From the NCBI GenBank assembly GCA_050331455.1, contig JBHJGV010000015.1, positions 7,697-71,696 of the forward strand: 64,000 bases of DNA. The letters run 5' to 3'. A program made the position numbers and the translations under genes. The notes under the pieces are model-generated. The model was not told where the DNA came from, ran no database searches, and saw only the letters and a program-made list of their open reading frames with translations. Position 1 is the first letter of the stretch; each line of letters starts with the position of its first letter. Below are positions 9,867-19,229 of this stretch, in pieces. The DNA comes from Alphaproteobacteria bacterium (lineage in GTDB: Bacteria; Pseudomonadota; Alphaproteobacteria; JAJFIK01).

Positions 9867-11159
9867 TCAGCCGTCAAACGACAGGGGAATCATGGAAGCC
9901 GTGAAGCCCGGGCCCAGGCCCGTGAGCAGCACGCGGCCCCGAGGCCCCGTCCGGCGGAAGCGGTCCAGGACGAACAAAACGGTGGGTGCGGACATATTCC
10001 CAAAATCCTCGATCACACCCCGCTCGTGGTCGAGGGCGCCCGCTTCGAGGCCCATTGTGGCCTCGATGGCCTCAAGCACCTTGATGCCGCCGGGGTGACA
10101 GACATAGCGGGTGATGTCCTCGCGGGTCAGATCCATCCGTTCCAGGCAGAAATCCACTGCGCCGGCGAACTCGCCGGTCACGAAGGGGGGGATGGAGCGG
10201 TCGAAAATCACGCCGAAACCGGTGGGATCCACGTCCCAGCCCATGATGTTCAGGCTATCGGTCCAGATATGCTGGACACCCGCGCCGAGCCGAGGCGCGC
10301 CGGTTGTCCCATTGCCGCCGTTCGTGCCGTTCACCGGGCCGCCCGGCATGTGGCTCGACAGCACGGCGGCAGCCGCCCCGTCGCCGAACAGAACCGTGGC
10401 GATGATGTCCGCCTTGCGGAGCTGGTCGTCCCGGAAGGCCAGGGTGCAGGTCTCAACACACACGAGAAGCACCGTGCTGCCGGGGCTTGCGGCCGCCAGG
10501 CGCTGGGCGATGGCAAGGCCGCTGACCCCGCCGGCACAGCCCAGGCCGAACACCGGCACACGCAGGATATCGTGGCGAAAACCCATGGTGCCGAAGGCCC
10601 GGGCTTCCAGAGTCGGCGTCGCAATTCCGGTCGAGGAAACGGTGACCACCACATCGACATCGGCTGCGGCGAGACCGGCCTCCGCGAGGGCGTTGGTCGC
10701 CGCCTCGACAAAGAGGGCCGTGGCCCCCTCCAGATACCGGGCCGTGCGCTCGGGCCAGTCCTGGGATGTCTGGAACCATTCCAGCGGGCAGACCGAGTAG
10801 CGCGTCTTCACACCGGACGACGTGAAGGTTCGGGCGAGGCGCTGGAAGTCCGGAAAGCGGGGACCGAGGATGCGGCCGGCGATCACCTCGACCACGTCCT
10901 GCTCCAGGACATGGGGCGGCACGGCCGTGCCGAGGCCGGCGAGGCGCACATCGGCCAGCGGGGCGTCCAGGGGCGCAGGAAAAGGGGCCGCGAGGGGGGC
11001 CGCGGCCGCCTCAGCGGCGGTGGAGCCGGTGCGCAGGGCCATCGGCGATGCAGGTGTCGAATTTTGAGGCATAGACTTCCGTTCTCTCGGTCTGGTGGAC
11101 TTGGCTTGTGCCGGCTCCGCCCTCCGTCCCGCATTGGGCCATCGCCGTCGTTTGGTCAC
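9867..11159 (-). CDS. Type III polyketide synthase (chalcone/stilbene-synthase superfamily)
   Basis: Active-site Cys context GLGCAGG, C-terminal GFGPGFTASM and catalytic His/Asn regions. N-terminal Ala/Pro-rich extension; the true start could be an internal Met (MPQNSTP or MALRTGS). Confidence 0.9.
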   Translation of the reverse strand: MTKRRRWPNAGRRAEPAQAKSTRPRERKSMPQNSTPASPMALRTGSTAAEAAAAPLAAPFPAPLDAPLADVRLAGLGTAVPPHVLEQDVVEVIAGRILGPRFPDFQRLARTFTSSGVKTRYSVCPLEWFQTSQDWPERTARYLEGATALFVEAATNALAEAGLAAADVDVVVTVSSTGIATPTLEARAFGTMGFRHDILRVPVFGLGCAGGVSGLAIAQRLAAASPGSTVLLVCVETCTLAFRDDQLRKADIIATVLFGDGAAAAVLSSHMPGGPVNGTNGGNGTTGAPRLGAGVQHIWTDSLNIMGWDVDPTGFGVIFDRSIPPFVTGEFAGAVDFCLERMDLTREDITRYVCHPGGIKVLEAIEATMGLEAGALDHERGVIEDFGNMSAPTVLFVLDRFRRTGPRGRVLLTGLGPGFTASMIPLSFDG

Positions 11160-11260
11160 ATTAGGGGGTTGCGCCCCGGCTGCCGACCCTGGATCTGCAG
11201 TCGCTTTGCACTGCGAGATGCGGAACAGCCTTTGCGCGCGTTATCTCGCCGCCGTCTCCG

Positions 11261-11320
11261 CACGGGTTGGGCCGGCACGGGCTGGGCCGGCACGGGGTGG
11301 GCCAGCACGGGTTGGGGACG
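11261..11320. repeat. 15-bp tandem repeat, four copies (cacgggNtgggccgg), in the MMPL-PKS intergenic region
   Basis: Read directly: cacgggttgggccgg / cacgggctgggccgg / cacggggtgggccag / cacgggttggggacg, head to tail. Confidence 0.9.
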
Positions 11321-11333
11321 TCTTCTCCTCCGG

Positions 11334-13757
11334 TCAAGGCAGACGCCCCGGCGCACCCTTGTGGAACCGCAGGGCAAGGATCGCCGGCAAGGCCACAAGG
11401 CAGGTCACAAGCGCAATGCCGATCGTGGCAATGGCGAACAGGGCGAAGGTCGCGATCCCGGGCGACCAGCTCAGCAGGGCCGGCGCCAGGCCGAGCATCA
11501 ATACCAGACTGGTGAGCACAAGAACCGGGCCCACGTCCCGCATGGTCTTTGCGAGGCAGGTCCGCGGCGCCCGGCCTGCGCAGCGCTGGGCCCAGAACCC
11601 ATTCATCATATGCACCGTATCATCGACCGCGATGCCGAGGGCGATTGTCATCGCCAGGGCACTCGCCAATTGCAAGGGCCAATCGAACACATAAAGCAGA
11701 CCGCCCACTGCCAGCACCGGCAGAATGTTCGGCACAATGGTCAGCAGCGACACTTCAAAGGAGCGGAAGCCGAGCCCGACCAGCAGGGACGTGCCCAGGG
11801 CCGCGATCACCAAGGAAATCCCGAGCCTTCGAATGATCTCCTCGCTCACCCGGGAGGCCAGAACCACAATGCCGGTGGCCTGACCCGTCAGGTCCGCCTC
11901 GAGTTCCTCGCCGGCGATGGCCTCGATGCGGGCGGCGACGTCCGCCAGATTGGTCTTGTCCGTCTCCGCCACCCGAACCACCAGGGCGAGGGTGCTGCCG
12001 TCCCTGGACAGCAACAAACCTTTGAGGCCCTGGGGAGCGTGGTTAAACACCGTCTCGAGGCGCGGCGCGGAGACCGTCCTCCCCGTATCCGAGAGCCAGG
12101 AAACGATGGTCCAGGCGGAGTAGACCGGTCGGCCCAGGTCTGCCTCGACCGCCTTGTGCACACTGCGCAGCTTGAGCAGCGGCGCGAGATCGAAATTCTC
12201 TGCATTCACGGGGATCGGCAAAGGCATATGGAGCGTGTGGGCCCCGCCCAACTCTTCCTCCAACCGCTGCATGAGGGCGAAGGTTTCGGAATCATCCGGC
12301 ACTTCTTCGAGATAGGTGTAGCTCGGCGAGACCTGGCTATAGGCGAGGCCCGCGGCGACAGTAAAGGCGACGATCACCACCGTGATGACCAGGCGATAGC
12401 CATAAAGCGTGCGGGTCAGCGCGACGGCGGCGGCTTCGATGCCCTTGGCGATCCAGCCCGTGCCACGGAAGGTCGGCCGGGGACGCCACCCCAGATGCAG
12501 GGCCACCCACACCGAGGCCGGGAAGAAAACCATCGCCGAGATGAACACGCCGGCCACGGATGCCGCTCCGATCAAACCGAACTCGACCACGGCCCGGGAG
12601 CCGGAAAAGACCAGCGACAGGAAAGCGACCACGGTGGTCATGCTGGCGAGGCTGCAGGCCGGGCCGATGAAACCGATCGTTTTGGCAATGGCCTTGAAAT
12701 CGTAATTCGCAGCGAAAAGATCGCGCCGCGCCGCATAGACCAGGTGCATATTGGCGGCAAATGCGAGAGCGAGCACCAGCAATGGCAGATCGTTGAGCAG
12801 GACCGTCATGGGAATGTCGAGCCAGCCAAAGGCGCCATACACCATAACGATGCTGAGCATGGGCATCACGGCCACGATCACCGCATCCACCAGGACCCCG
12901 AGCAGGGCCACGCCCAGCAGAAACCCGATACTCAAACCGCCACCGAGCAGCAGCGGATGCTCCTCGATCAGGTGGCGCACGATTTCCGCCCGCACGATAG
13001 GAAGACCACTGAGCATCGCGGTCATGCCGTCGGGCAGACTGGCGATCAAGGGCGCCAGATCCTGTTCGATCGCCCGGGCCTCTTCCAGCCGCTCGCCCTT
13101 TTCCGGGAGCGCGAGCACCAGGGTGGCCGTCTCGAAATCGGGGCTGAGGAGCCGCCCGCCTTCGTTGAGGGGATGGAGGGAGAGCGCCTCGGCGCTCAGT
13201 GCCATATCGGGCTTGTTGGGTTCGGCCGTGGCAGGCTCACCCTCGGTGTGGCTCAAGGCCTGTTCGAGGGCCGCCGCTTCGAATTCGGCATTGTCGAAAA
13301 TATCGTCTTCGAAATCTTCCGGCTCCGGATCGCCCGCCGAGGTTTCCAGGCGATCGAGACTGACAATCGAAACCACATCCCCGACGGACGGCAGGGCCTC
13401 GACGGCGTGGATCAGACCCTGGAGCGCCAGCCAGTGGTCCTGCCGTTTGAAATCCCCGTCGAGCACGAGGATTGCGGCATCCGAGCCGTCCACAAACTGT
13501 CCGCGGAACTGATCGTAGGTCTGGTAGGCCGTGCTGCTCGGCGACTGGAAAATGCTGGTCAGGTTATCGGCGAAGCGGGTCTTGGTCGCCCCAAAAACCG
13601 CAAAGGCCAACACAAGGGCGATCACGGAGAGCATGACGCGGGGCTTCGCGACGGCAAACAGGCCGATGCGTTCGAGGCCGAAACCGATTGAGCCCACGCC
13701 GGTCCTCCAAAACTGCAGGCAGCACGTCCCGGATCGGTCCGGCGCATGCGAAACCAC
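11334..13757 (-). CDS. MMPL/RND-superfamily transporter (HpnN/MmpL-like lipid exporter)
   Basis: About 807 aa with 12 TM helices in two 6-TM bundles, each preceded by a large periplasmic loop (MMPL architecture). First gene of the minus-strand operon with the PKS and methyltransferase. Confidence 0.85.
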   Translation of the reverse strand: MVSHAPDRSGTCCLQFWRTGVGSIGFGLERIGLFAVAKPRVMLSVIALVLAFAVFGATKTRFADNLTSIFQSPSSTAYQTYDQFRGQFVDGSDAAILVLDGDFKRQDHWLALQGLIHAVEALPSVGDVVSIVSLDRLETSAGDPEPEDFEDDIFDNAEFEAAALEQALSHTEGEPATAEPNKPDMALSAEALSLHPLNEGGRLLSPDFETATLVLALPEKGERLEEARAIEQDLAPLIASLPDGMTAMLSGLPIVRAEIVRHLIEEHPLLLGGGLSIGFLLGVALLGVLVDAVIVAVMPMLSIVMVYGAFGWLDIPMTVLLNDLPLLVLALAFAANMHLVYAARRDLFAANYDFKAIAKTIGFIGPACSLASMTTVVAFLSLVFSGSRAVVEFGLIGAASVAGVFISAMVFFPASVWVALHLGWRPRPTFRGTGWIAKGIEAAAVALTRTLYGYRLVITVVIVAFTVAAGLAYSQVSPSYTYLEEVPDDSETFALMQRLEEELGGAHTLHMPLPIPVNAENFDLAPLLKLRSVHKAVEADLGRPVYSAWTIVSWLSDTGRTVSAPRLETVFNHAPQGLKGLLLSRDGSTLALVVRVAETDKTNLADVAARIEAIAGEELEADLTGQATGIVVLASRVSEEIIRRLGISLVIAALGTSLLVGLGFRSFEVSLLTIVPNILPVLAVGGLLYVFDWPLQLASALAMTIALGIAVDDTVHMMNGFWAQRCAGRAPRTCLAKTMRDVGPVLVLTSLVLMLGLAPALLSWSPGIATFALFAIATIGIALVTCLVALPAILALRFHKGAPGRLP

Positions 13758-14215
13758 TGAAACACAAGTCTGTTCAGCGCGCAGACCGCCTAGCGCTGCG
13801 CGTCGCCCCCGAACCGACTTCCCTTGCCCCTCGTCTTATCCTTTCGCTCCCGACAGCGGCAAGCCTTACCGGAGCAGTCATGGTTGAATGACGGGGAAAT
13901 GGGGCGCCCGGGAGACAAAAACGCTCACGGGTCGATCACGATGGGCCAATGATACTCGCCCAGCCCCCCGCCCCGTGCCTTGATCCTGGTCAGGGCCAAC
14001 ACGCCATCCGTGAAGACCCGCAACCACACACCACTATGGGGCACTGAGGTCAAGACCGTGCCATCGGGGCACCCGGTCGGCCAAGCATTGGGCCGCGCGG
14101 CATTGGGGTCGTGCAAGCGGAGTGTTCATGGCATCGTTTGAAATGGCGGCCGGGCTGACCCGGCTGTCCGTATCGGAAAGAGCCCGCCGACGGGCCAATG
14201 GCGAGGGAGGGCCGG

Positions 14216-16009
14216 ATGAAAAAGGTCATTCGGATCGGTGGCGCGAGCGGGTATTGGGGCGAGTCCGCCATGGCCACGCCCCAGCTTCTGGCCTCTGGCG
14301 ATCTCGATTATCTCGTTTTCGACTATCTGGCCGAGATCACCATGTCGATCATGGCCCGGGCGCGCGCCAAGGATCCGGCCCAGGGCTATGCCAGCGATTT
14401 CATCCGTGTGGTGCTGAAAGACAATCTCCACGACATTGCCCGCCAGGGCGTGCGCGTCATCTCCAATGCCGGGGGTGTCAATCCGGAGGCCTGCGCCGCC
14501 GCGGCGCGCGCGCTCATCCGCGAGACCGGGCTCGACCTGAAGGTCGCCGTGGTGACCGGCGACGATCTGACAAGCCATGCCGCCGGCTTTGCCGAGGCCG
14601 GGGTGGCGGAGATGTTTTCGGGGGAGCATTTTCCCGATGCGAAGCGCGTGGCCAGCATCAATGCTTATCTGGGCGCTTTTCCCATTGCCGAGGCGCTCGG
14701 CCGCGGCGCCGACATCGTGATCACCGGCCGCTGTGTCGATAGCGCCGTGACCCTCGGCGCCTGCATCCACGAATTCGGGTGGCAGGCGGACGATTGGGAC
14801 CGGCTCGCCGCGGGCACCCTGGCCGGCCATTTGATCGAATGCGGGCCGCAGGTCACCGGCGGCAATTTCACAGATTGGGAACAGGTCGCCGCCACGATCC
14901 AGGATATCGGCTATCCCATCGCCGAAATCGACAGCGTGGGCGTCACGACCGTCACCAAGCCCGAGGGCACAGGCGGACTGGTTTCCCCAGGCACGGTCGC
15001 AGAACAGATGCTCTATGAAATCGGCGATCCCCAGGCCTATATCGTGCCCGATGTGGTGTGTGACTTCTCCGGCGTCCGCTTCACGCAAGTCGCTCCCGAC
15101 CGGGTCCGGGTGGAGGGCGCCAAGGGCACCCCGGCGACGGACAACTACAAGGCCTGCGCCACCGTCGCCGACGGCTTTCGCGGCGGCACGGTCATGACCT
15201 TCTACGGCATCGATGCGGACGCGAAGGCCCGTGCCTTTGCCGAAGCGGCCGTCGCCCGGGCGCGCAAGACCCTGCGCACCCTGAATATTGGTGACTTCCG
15301 CGAAATCAGTATCGAAGTGATCGGGGCGGAAAGTCAGTACGGCGCCGGCCGCCGCATCGACGGGGCCCGCGAAGTCGCCGTCAAGATCGCCGCCAAACAT
15401 GACGAACAGAAAGGGGTCGGCGTTCTCCTGCGGGAGATCAGCGGCCTCGGTCTCGCCACGCCGCCGGGCCTCTCCGGGTTCCAGGGCGGCCGGCCAAGCC
15501 CGTCACCCGTAGTACGGCTGTTTTCCTTCCTGGTGCCCAAGGCGGCCGTTCCCATCACTCTGAATACGGACGGGGACACCGTCGGCCTGCCAATCCCCAA
15601 GAGCATGCCGGCCCGGACAAGTGCGATCGCGCGGCCTGAAAACCCCGACCGGCCGGATTTCGGCGGCACACCCATCACGGTGCCGCTGATCCGTCTCGCC
15701 TGGGGCCGCAGCGGCGACAAGGGGGACCACGCCAATGTGGGCATCATTGCGCGCAATCCGGACTATCTTCCCTTTATCTGGGCAGCCCTGACGGAAGAGG
15801 TAGTGGCCGGGGTGTTTGCCCATTTCGATCCGGCCCGGGTCGAGCGGTTCTACCTGCCGGGCCCGCCGGCGATCAATTTCATGATCCATGAGGTGCTCGG
15901 CGGCGGAGGAATGGCCAGCCTGCGGAACGATCCCCAAGGCAAGGGCTATGCCCAGATTCTGCTCGATTATCCGATTCCCGTCCCGGCGCGCCTCGCCGGC
16001 CAAGTCTAA
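14216..16009 (+). CDS. AtuA-like protein (DUF1446 fused to C-terminal DUF4387)
   Basis: MKKVIRIGGASGYWGE... N-terminus typical of acyclic-terpene-utilisation AtuA family; length of about 600 aa matches full-length AtuA. Start chosen at MKKVIRIGG rather than the track's upstream Met. Confidence 0.75.
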   Translation: MKKVIRIGGASGYWGESAMATPQLLASGDLDYLVFDYLAEITMSIMARARAKDPAQGYASDFIRVVLKDNLHDIARQGVRVISNAGGVNPEACAAAARALIRETGLDLKVAVVTGDDLTSHAAGFAEAGVAEMFSGEHFPDAKRVASINAYLGAFPIAEALGRGADIVITGRCVDSAVTLGACIHEFGWQADDWDRLAAGTLAGHLIECGPQVTGGNFTDWEQVAATIQDIGYPIAEIDSVGVTTVTKPEGTGGLVSPGTVAEQMLYEIGDPQAYIVPDVVCDFSGVRFTQVAPDRVRVEGAKGTPATDNYKACATVADGFRGGTVMTFYGIDADAKARAFAEAAVARARKTLRTLNIGDFREISIEVIGAESQYGAGRRIDGAREVAVKIAAKHDEQKGVGVLLREISGLGLATPPGLSGFQGGRPSPSPVVRLFSFLVPKAAVPITLNTDGDTVGLPIPKSMPARTSAIARPENPDRPDFGGTPITVPLIRLAWGRSGDKGDHANVGIIARNPDYLPFIWAALTEEVVAGVFAHFDPARVERFYLPGPPAINFMIHEVLGGGGMASLRNDPQGKGYAQILLDYPIPVPARLAGQV

Positions 16010-16021
16010 GAGCGAGGCCCC

Positions 16022-18016
16022 ATGGGAGACCTCAACACCATCCTGATCGCCAATCGCGGGGAAATCGCTGTTCGGATCATCCGAACCGTGAGGACCATGG
16101 GCCGCCGCGCCGTCGCCGTCTACTCGCAGGCCGATGCAGGCGCGCCCCATGTGGTGCTGGCGGACGATGCCGTCCTGATCGGTCCCGCCCCCGTGAGCGA
16201 AAGCTATCTAGACCCGGACCGCATTCTGGAGGCGGCCCGCGCCACCGGTGCCGACGCGGTCCATCCGGGCTACGGCTTCCTGTCCGAAAACGCCGGCTTC
16301 GCCGCCGCCTGTGTGGAGGCAGGCCTGACCTTCATCGGCCCTTCCCCCGAAGCCATTGCCGCCATGGGCAACAAGGCCGATGCCAAACGTCGCATGATCG
16401 CCGCCGGGGTCCCGTGCGTGCCGGGCTATGGGGGCGAGGACCAGAGCACGCGCAGCCTGATCGACGCAGGACGCGCGATCGGCTTTCCGTTGATGGTCAA
16501 GGCCGCGGCCGGTGGCGGCGGTCGGGGGATGCGCCTCGTCCTTGTGCCGGATGCCCTGCCGGACGCCCTCGCCCTGGCCCGCTCCGAAGCCGAGAATGCC
16601 TTCGGCTCGGACGAATTGATCCTGGAGCGTGCCATCGTCCGCCCCCGCCATGTGGAATTTCAGGTGTTCGGCGATTCCCATGGCAGCGTGGTCCATATGG
16701 GTGAACGGGACTGTTCCGTGCAAAGACGCCACCAGAAAGTGATCGAGGAAGCCCCCTGCCCCGTCCTCACCCCCGATCTGCGGGCCCGGATGGGCGAGGC
16801 CGCCGTCACCGCCGCAAGAGCCATCGGCTATGAGGGGGCAGGCACGGTGGAATTCCTCCTCGGCGAAGACGGCGCGTTCTACTTCCTGGAAATGAACACG
16901 CGGCTGCAAGTGGAGCACCCCGTGACGGAGCTGGTCACGGGCCTCGACCTGGTCGCGTTGCAGATCCATGTGGCCGAAGGCCGCCCCCTTGGCCTGCGCC
17001 AGGAGGACGTGACGATGGACGGCCATGCCATCGAAGCCCGTCTTTATGCGGAGGACCCGGCTCAGACCTTCCTGCCCGCCACCGGTACGATCGCCCTGTG
17101 GCAACCGGCCGCCGGTGAGGGCGTTCGGGTGGATACGGGTATTGCTTCGGGCCAGGTGGTGTCGCCCTTCTACGATCCCATGATCGCCAAGGTGATGGCC
17201 CATGGGCCGACCCGGGACGTCGCCCGTCGGCGCCTTGCGGCCGCGCTGAAGGAAACGGCCTTGTTCGGCCTGCGGACCAATCGCGGGTTCCTAATCGACT
17301 GCCTGGAGCGGGAAGCCTTCGCCCGGGGGGCCGCCACGACGGCCTTCATCGCCGAGGAATTCGGTGCCGAGGCCCTCGCCGGCCCGACCCCGGACCTGTC
17401 CCAGGCCGCCATGGCGGGCGTCATTGACTATACGCGTCGGCACGAGGCGGCCGCAGCCAAGAGCCGGACGCCGGTAGGCGCGCTCAAAGATTGGATCAGC
17501 GCGGACACCATCGGCTTTCCCTATCGCGCCCGCGTGGGCGACATGGAGGTGGATCTCACGATCATGCCCCTCGGCGCCGACCGTTACCGGGTGCACGGCC
17601 ATAGCGGAACGCTGGAGGTTGGCATCGAACGGATCGCCCCGCCCCACGCCCGATTGCAGGTCGAGGGACGGCGCCGCCAGGTCCTTTTCCTGGCCCCATC
17701 AGACACGGATCTGCACCTCCAGGACGGATCGGCGAGCTTCGTGTTCCACAATACCCTGGCCGATGAGACGGGGGCCGAAGACGCTGCCGGTGGAGGCCGG
17801 ATCACGGCCCCCATGCATGGCCGGATTGTCGAGATTTTCGTCGAAGCGGGTCAAACCGTGGTGCCCGGCGACCGCCTCGCCATCCTGGAAGCCATGAAGA
17901 TGCAGCACGAGATCCTCGCCGAGGCCGGTGGCACCGTGGCCCTCATCCATGCTGAGGCGGGAGCCCAAGTCGCGGCCAACGCCATGTTGTTCGACATCGA
18001 GGTCGCATCGCCATGA
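16022..18016 (+). CDS. Biotin carboxylase-BCCP fusion (acyl-CoA carboxylase alpha subunit)
   Basis: ATP-grasp biotin-carboxylase domain (IANRGEIAVRIIRT, GYGFLSEN, catalytic core) plus a C-terminal biotinyl domain carrying EAMKMQHE. Confidence 0.92.
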   Translation: MGDLNTILIANRGEIAVRIIRTVRTMGRRAVAVYSQADAGAPHVVLADDAVLIGPAPVSESYLDPDRILEAARATGADAVHPGYGFLSENAGFAAACVEAGLTFIGPSPEAIAAMGNKADAKRRMIAAGVPCVPGYGGEDQSTRSLIDAGRAIGFPLMVKAAAGGGGRGMRLVLVPDALPDALALARSEAENAFGSDELILERAIVRPRHVEFQVFGDSHGSVVHMGERDCSVQRRHQKVIEEAPCPVLTPDLRARMGEAAVTAARAIGYEGAGTVEFLLGEDGAFYFLEMNTRLQVEHPVTELVTGLDLVALQIHVAEGRPLGLRQEDVTMDGHAIEARLYAEDPAQTFLPATGTIALWQPAAGEGVRVDTGIASGQVVSPFYDPMIAKVMAHGPTRDVARRRLAAALKETALFGLRTNRGFLIDCLEREAFARGAATTAFIAEEFGAEALAGPTPDLSQAAMAGVIDYTRRHEAAAAKSRTPVGALKDWISADTIGFPYRARVGDMEVDLTIMPLGADRYRVHGHSGTLEVGIERIAPPHARLQVEGRRRQVLFLAPSDTDLHLQDGSASFVFHNTLADETGAEDAAGGGRITAPMHGRIVEIFVEAGQTVVPGDRLAILEAMKMQHEILAEAGGTVALIHAEAGAQVAANAMLFDIEVASP

Positions 18017-18071
18017 GACAGGCCCGATCTTCCGATCCACACTGATAAAGACCACCATCCGGGAGGATATC

Positions 18072-19229
18072 ATGCACTCACCCATCTGCGACATGTTCGG
18101 GATCGATTTCCCCCTCGTCGCCTTCAGCCATTGCCGCAACGTGGTCACGGAAGTGTCCAAGGCCGGCGGCCTGGGCGTGCTGGGCGCCGGTGGCATCTCG
18201 CCCGAAGCCTTGGATATGGAACTGAAATGGGTCGATGAGAATATCGACGGGCGCCCTTACGGTGTGGATCTGCTGATCCCCTCCAAATCGGCCCTCGGCA
18301 GTTCGACGCCGTCCGTCGAGCAGGTCCTCGGCATGATCCCGGAGGAGCACAAGAAGTTCGCCGCCCGCATTCTGGAAGGCCATGGTATCGACACAGACGA
18401 TCTGACGGATGACGACCGCAAGAAATTCGGCGGCGGGATCGGTCAGAACATTCAGGAAGACGGCGCCAAGCGTCTGCTCGATGTGGCCTTTTCCTACCCC
18501 ATCAAGTTCATCGTCAACGCCCTCGGCGTGCCGCCCCAGATCATGCTGGACATGGCCCGGGAGCACGGCGTGAAAACCGGCGCCCTGGTCGGCGCCAAGG
18601 AACACGCCATCAAGCAGGTCCAGGCCGGGGTGGATGTACTGGTCGTGTCCGGCACGGAAGGCGGCGGCCATTGCGGGAGCGTGTCCACCATGGTCCTGAT
18701 CCCCGAAGTGCACATGGCCATCCAGCCCCATGGCGACACGCCGATCCTCGCCGCGGGCGGCATCGTCACCGGACGTCAGATGGCCGCCTGCATGGCCATG
18801 GGCGCGGCCGGGGCCTGGACCGCCTCCATGTGGCTGACGACGGCCGAAGCCGAGACCCTGCCCGCCGTGAAGGACAAGATGGTGGCCGCGAGCTCCGCCG
18901 ACACGGTCCGCTCCAAGAGCCGCACCGGAAAATTCTCCCGGCAACTGCGCTCTCCCTGGACGGATGCCTGGGAGAGCGAAGGCAGCCCCGACCCCCTGCC
19001 CATGCCGCTCCAGTCCATGGTCAGCGAACCCGCCCTTGCCAAGATCGACAAGCTGGCCGATGGCGGCCACCGGGGCGCAAAGGAGCTCGCGACCTATTGG
19101 GTCGGCCAGGGCGTTGGCATGATGAACAGTCAGCAGTCCGTCCGCTCCGTGATGGTCGAGTTCATGGAAGATTTCCTAGCGGCCTATGACCGCCTGCACG
19201 GCTATCTCAAGGTGGAGCGCAGCCAATGA
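18072..19229 (+). CDS. Nitronate monooxygenase (NMO / 2-nitropropane dioxygenase) family FMN oxidoreductase
   Basis: MHSPICDMFGIDFPLVAFSH... and TIM-barrel FMN-binding glycine-rich motifs (VVSGTEGGGH). Start re-set to an internal ATG. Confidence 0.8.
   Translation: MHSPICDMFGIDFPLVAFSHCRNVVTEVSKAGGLGVLGAGGISPEALDMELKWVDENIDGRPYGVDLLIPSKSALGSSTPSVEQVLGMIPEEHKKFAARILEGHGIDTDDLTDDDRKKFGGGIGQNIQEDGAKRLLDVAFSYPIKFIVNALGVPPQIMLDMAREHGVKTGALVGAKEHAIKQVQAGVDVLVVSGTEGGGHCGSVSTMVLIPEVHMAIQPHGDTPILAAGGIVTGRQMAACMAMGAAGAWTASMWLTTAEAETLPAVKDKMVAASSADTVRSKSRTGKFSRQLRSPWTDAWESEGSPDPLPMPLQSMVSEPALAKIDKLADGGHRGAKELATYWVGQGVGMMNSQQSVRSVMVEFMEDFLAAYDRLHGYLKVERSQ

Noticed and set aside
11261-11320. Whether the 15-bp tandem repeat or the (GTGCCC)6 tract (20061..20096) could be CRISPR arrays
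   Set aside because: The units are directly adjacent with no spacers and are far shorter than CRISPR repeats. No cas genes are present. They are simple tandem repeats.
10026-13691. 1221-aa plus-strand ORF spanning the PKS and MMPL region
   Set aside because: It is antisense to two genes with strong family signatures. Its translation is low-complexity (Arg/Gly/His/Gln-rich) with no recognisable domain. Long open antisense frames are expected at about 68% GC.
13758-14197. Small ORFs (63-75 aa) in the 440-bp divergent region between the MMPL and AtuA-like operons, as possible missing regulator genes
   Set aside because: None has a helix-turn-helix or other recognisable motif. They overlap each other and have atypical composition. 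The region is more likely a shared promoter and leader; it contains a hairpin cgcgcag...ctgcgcg at about 13781-13808.
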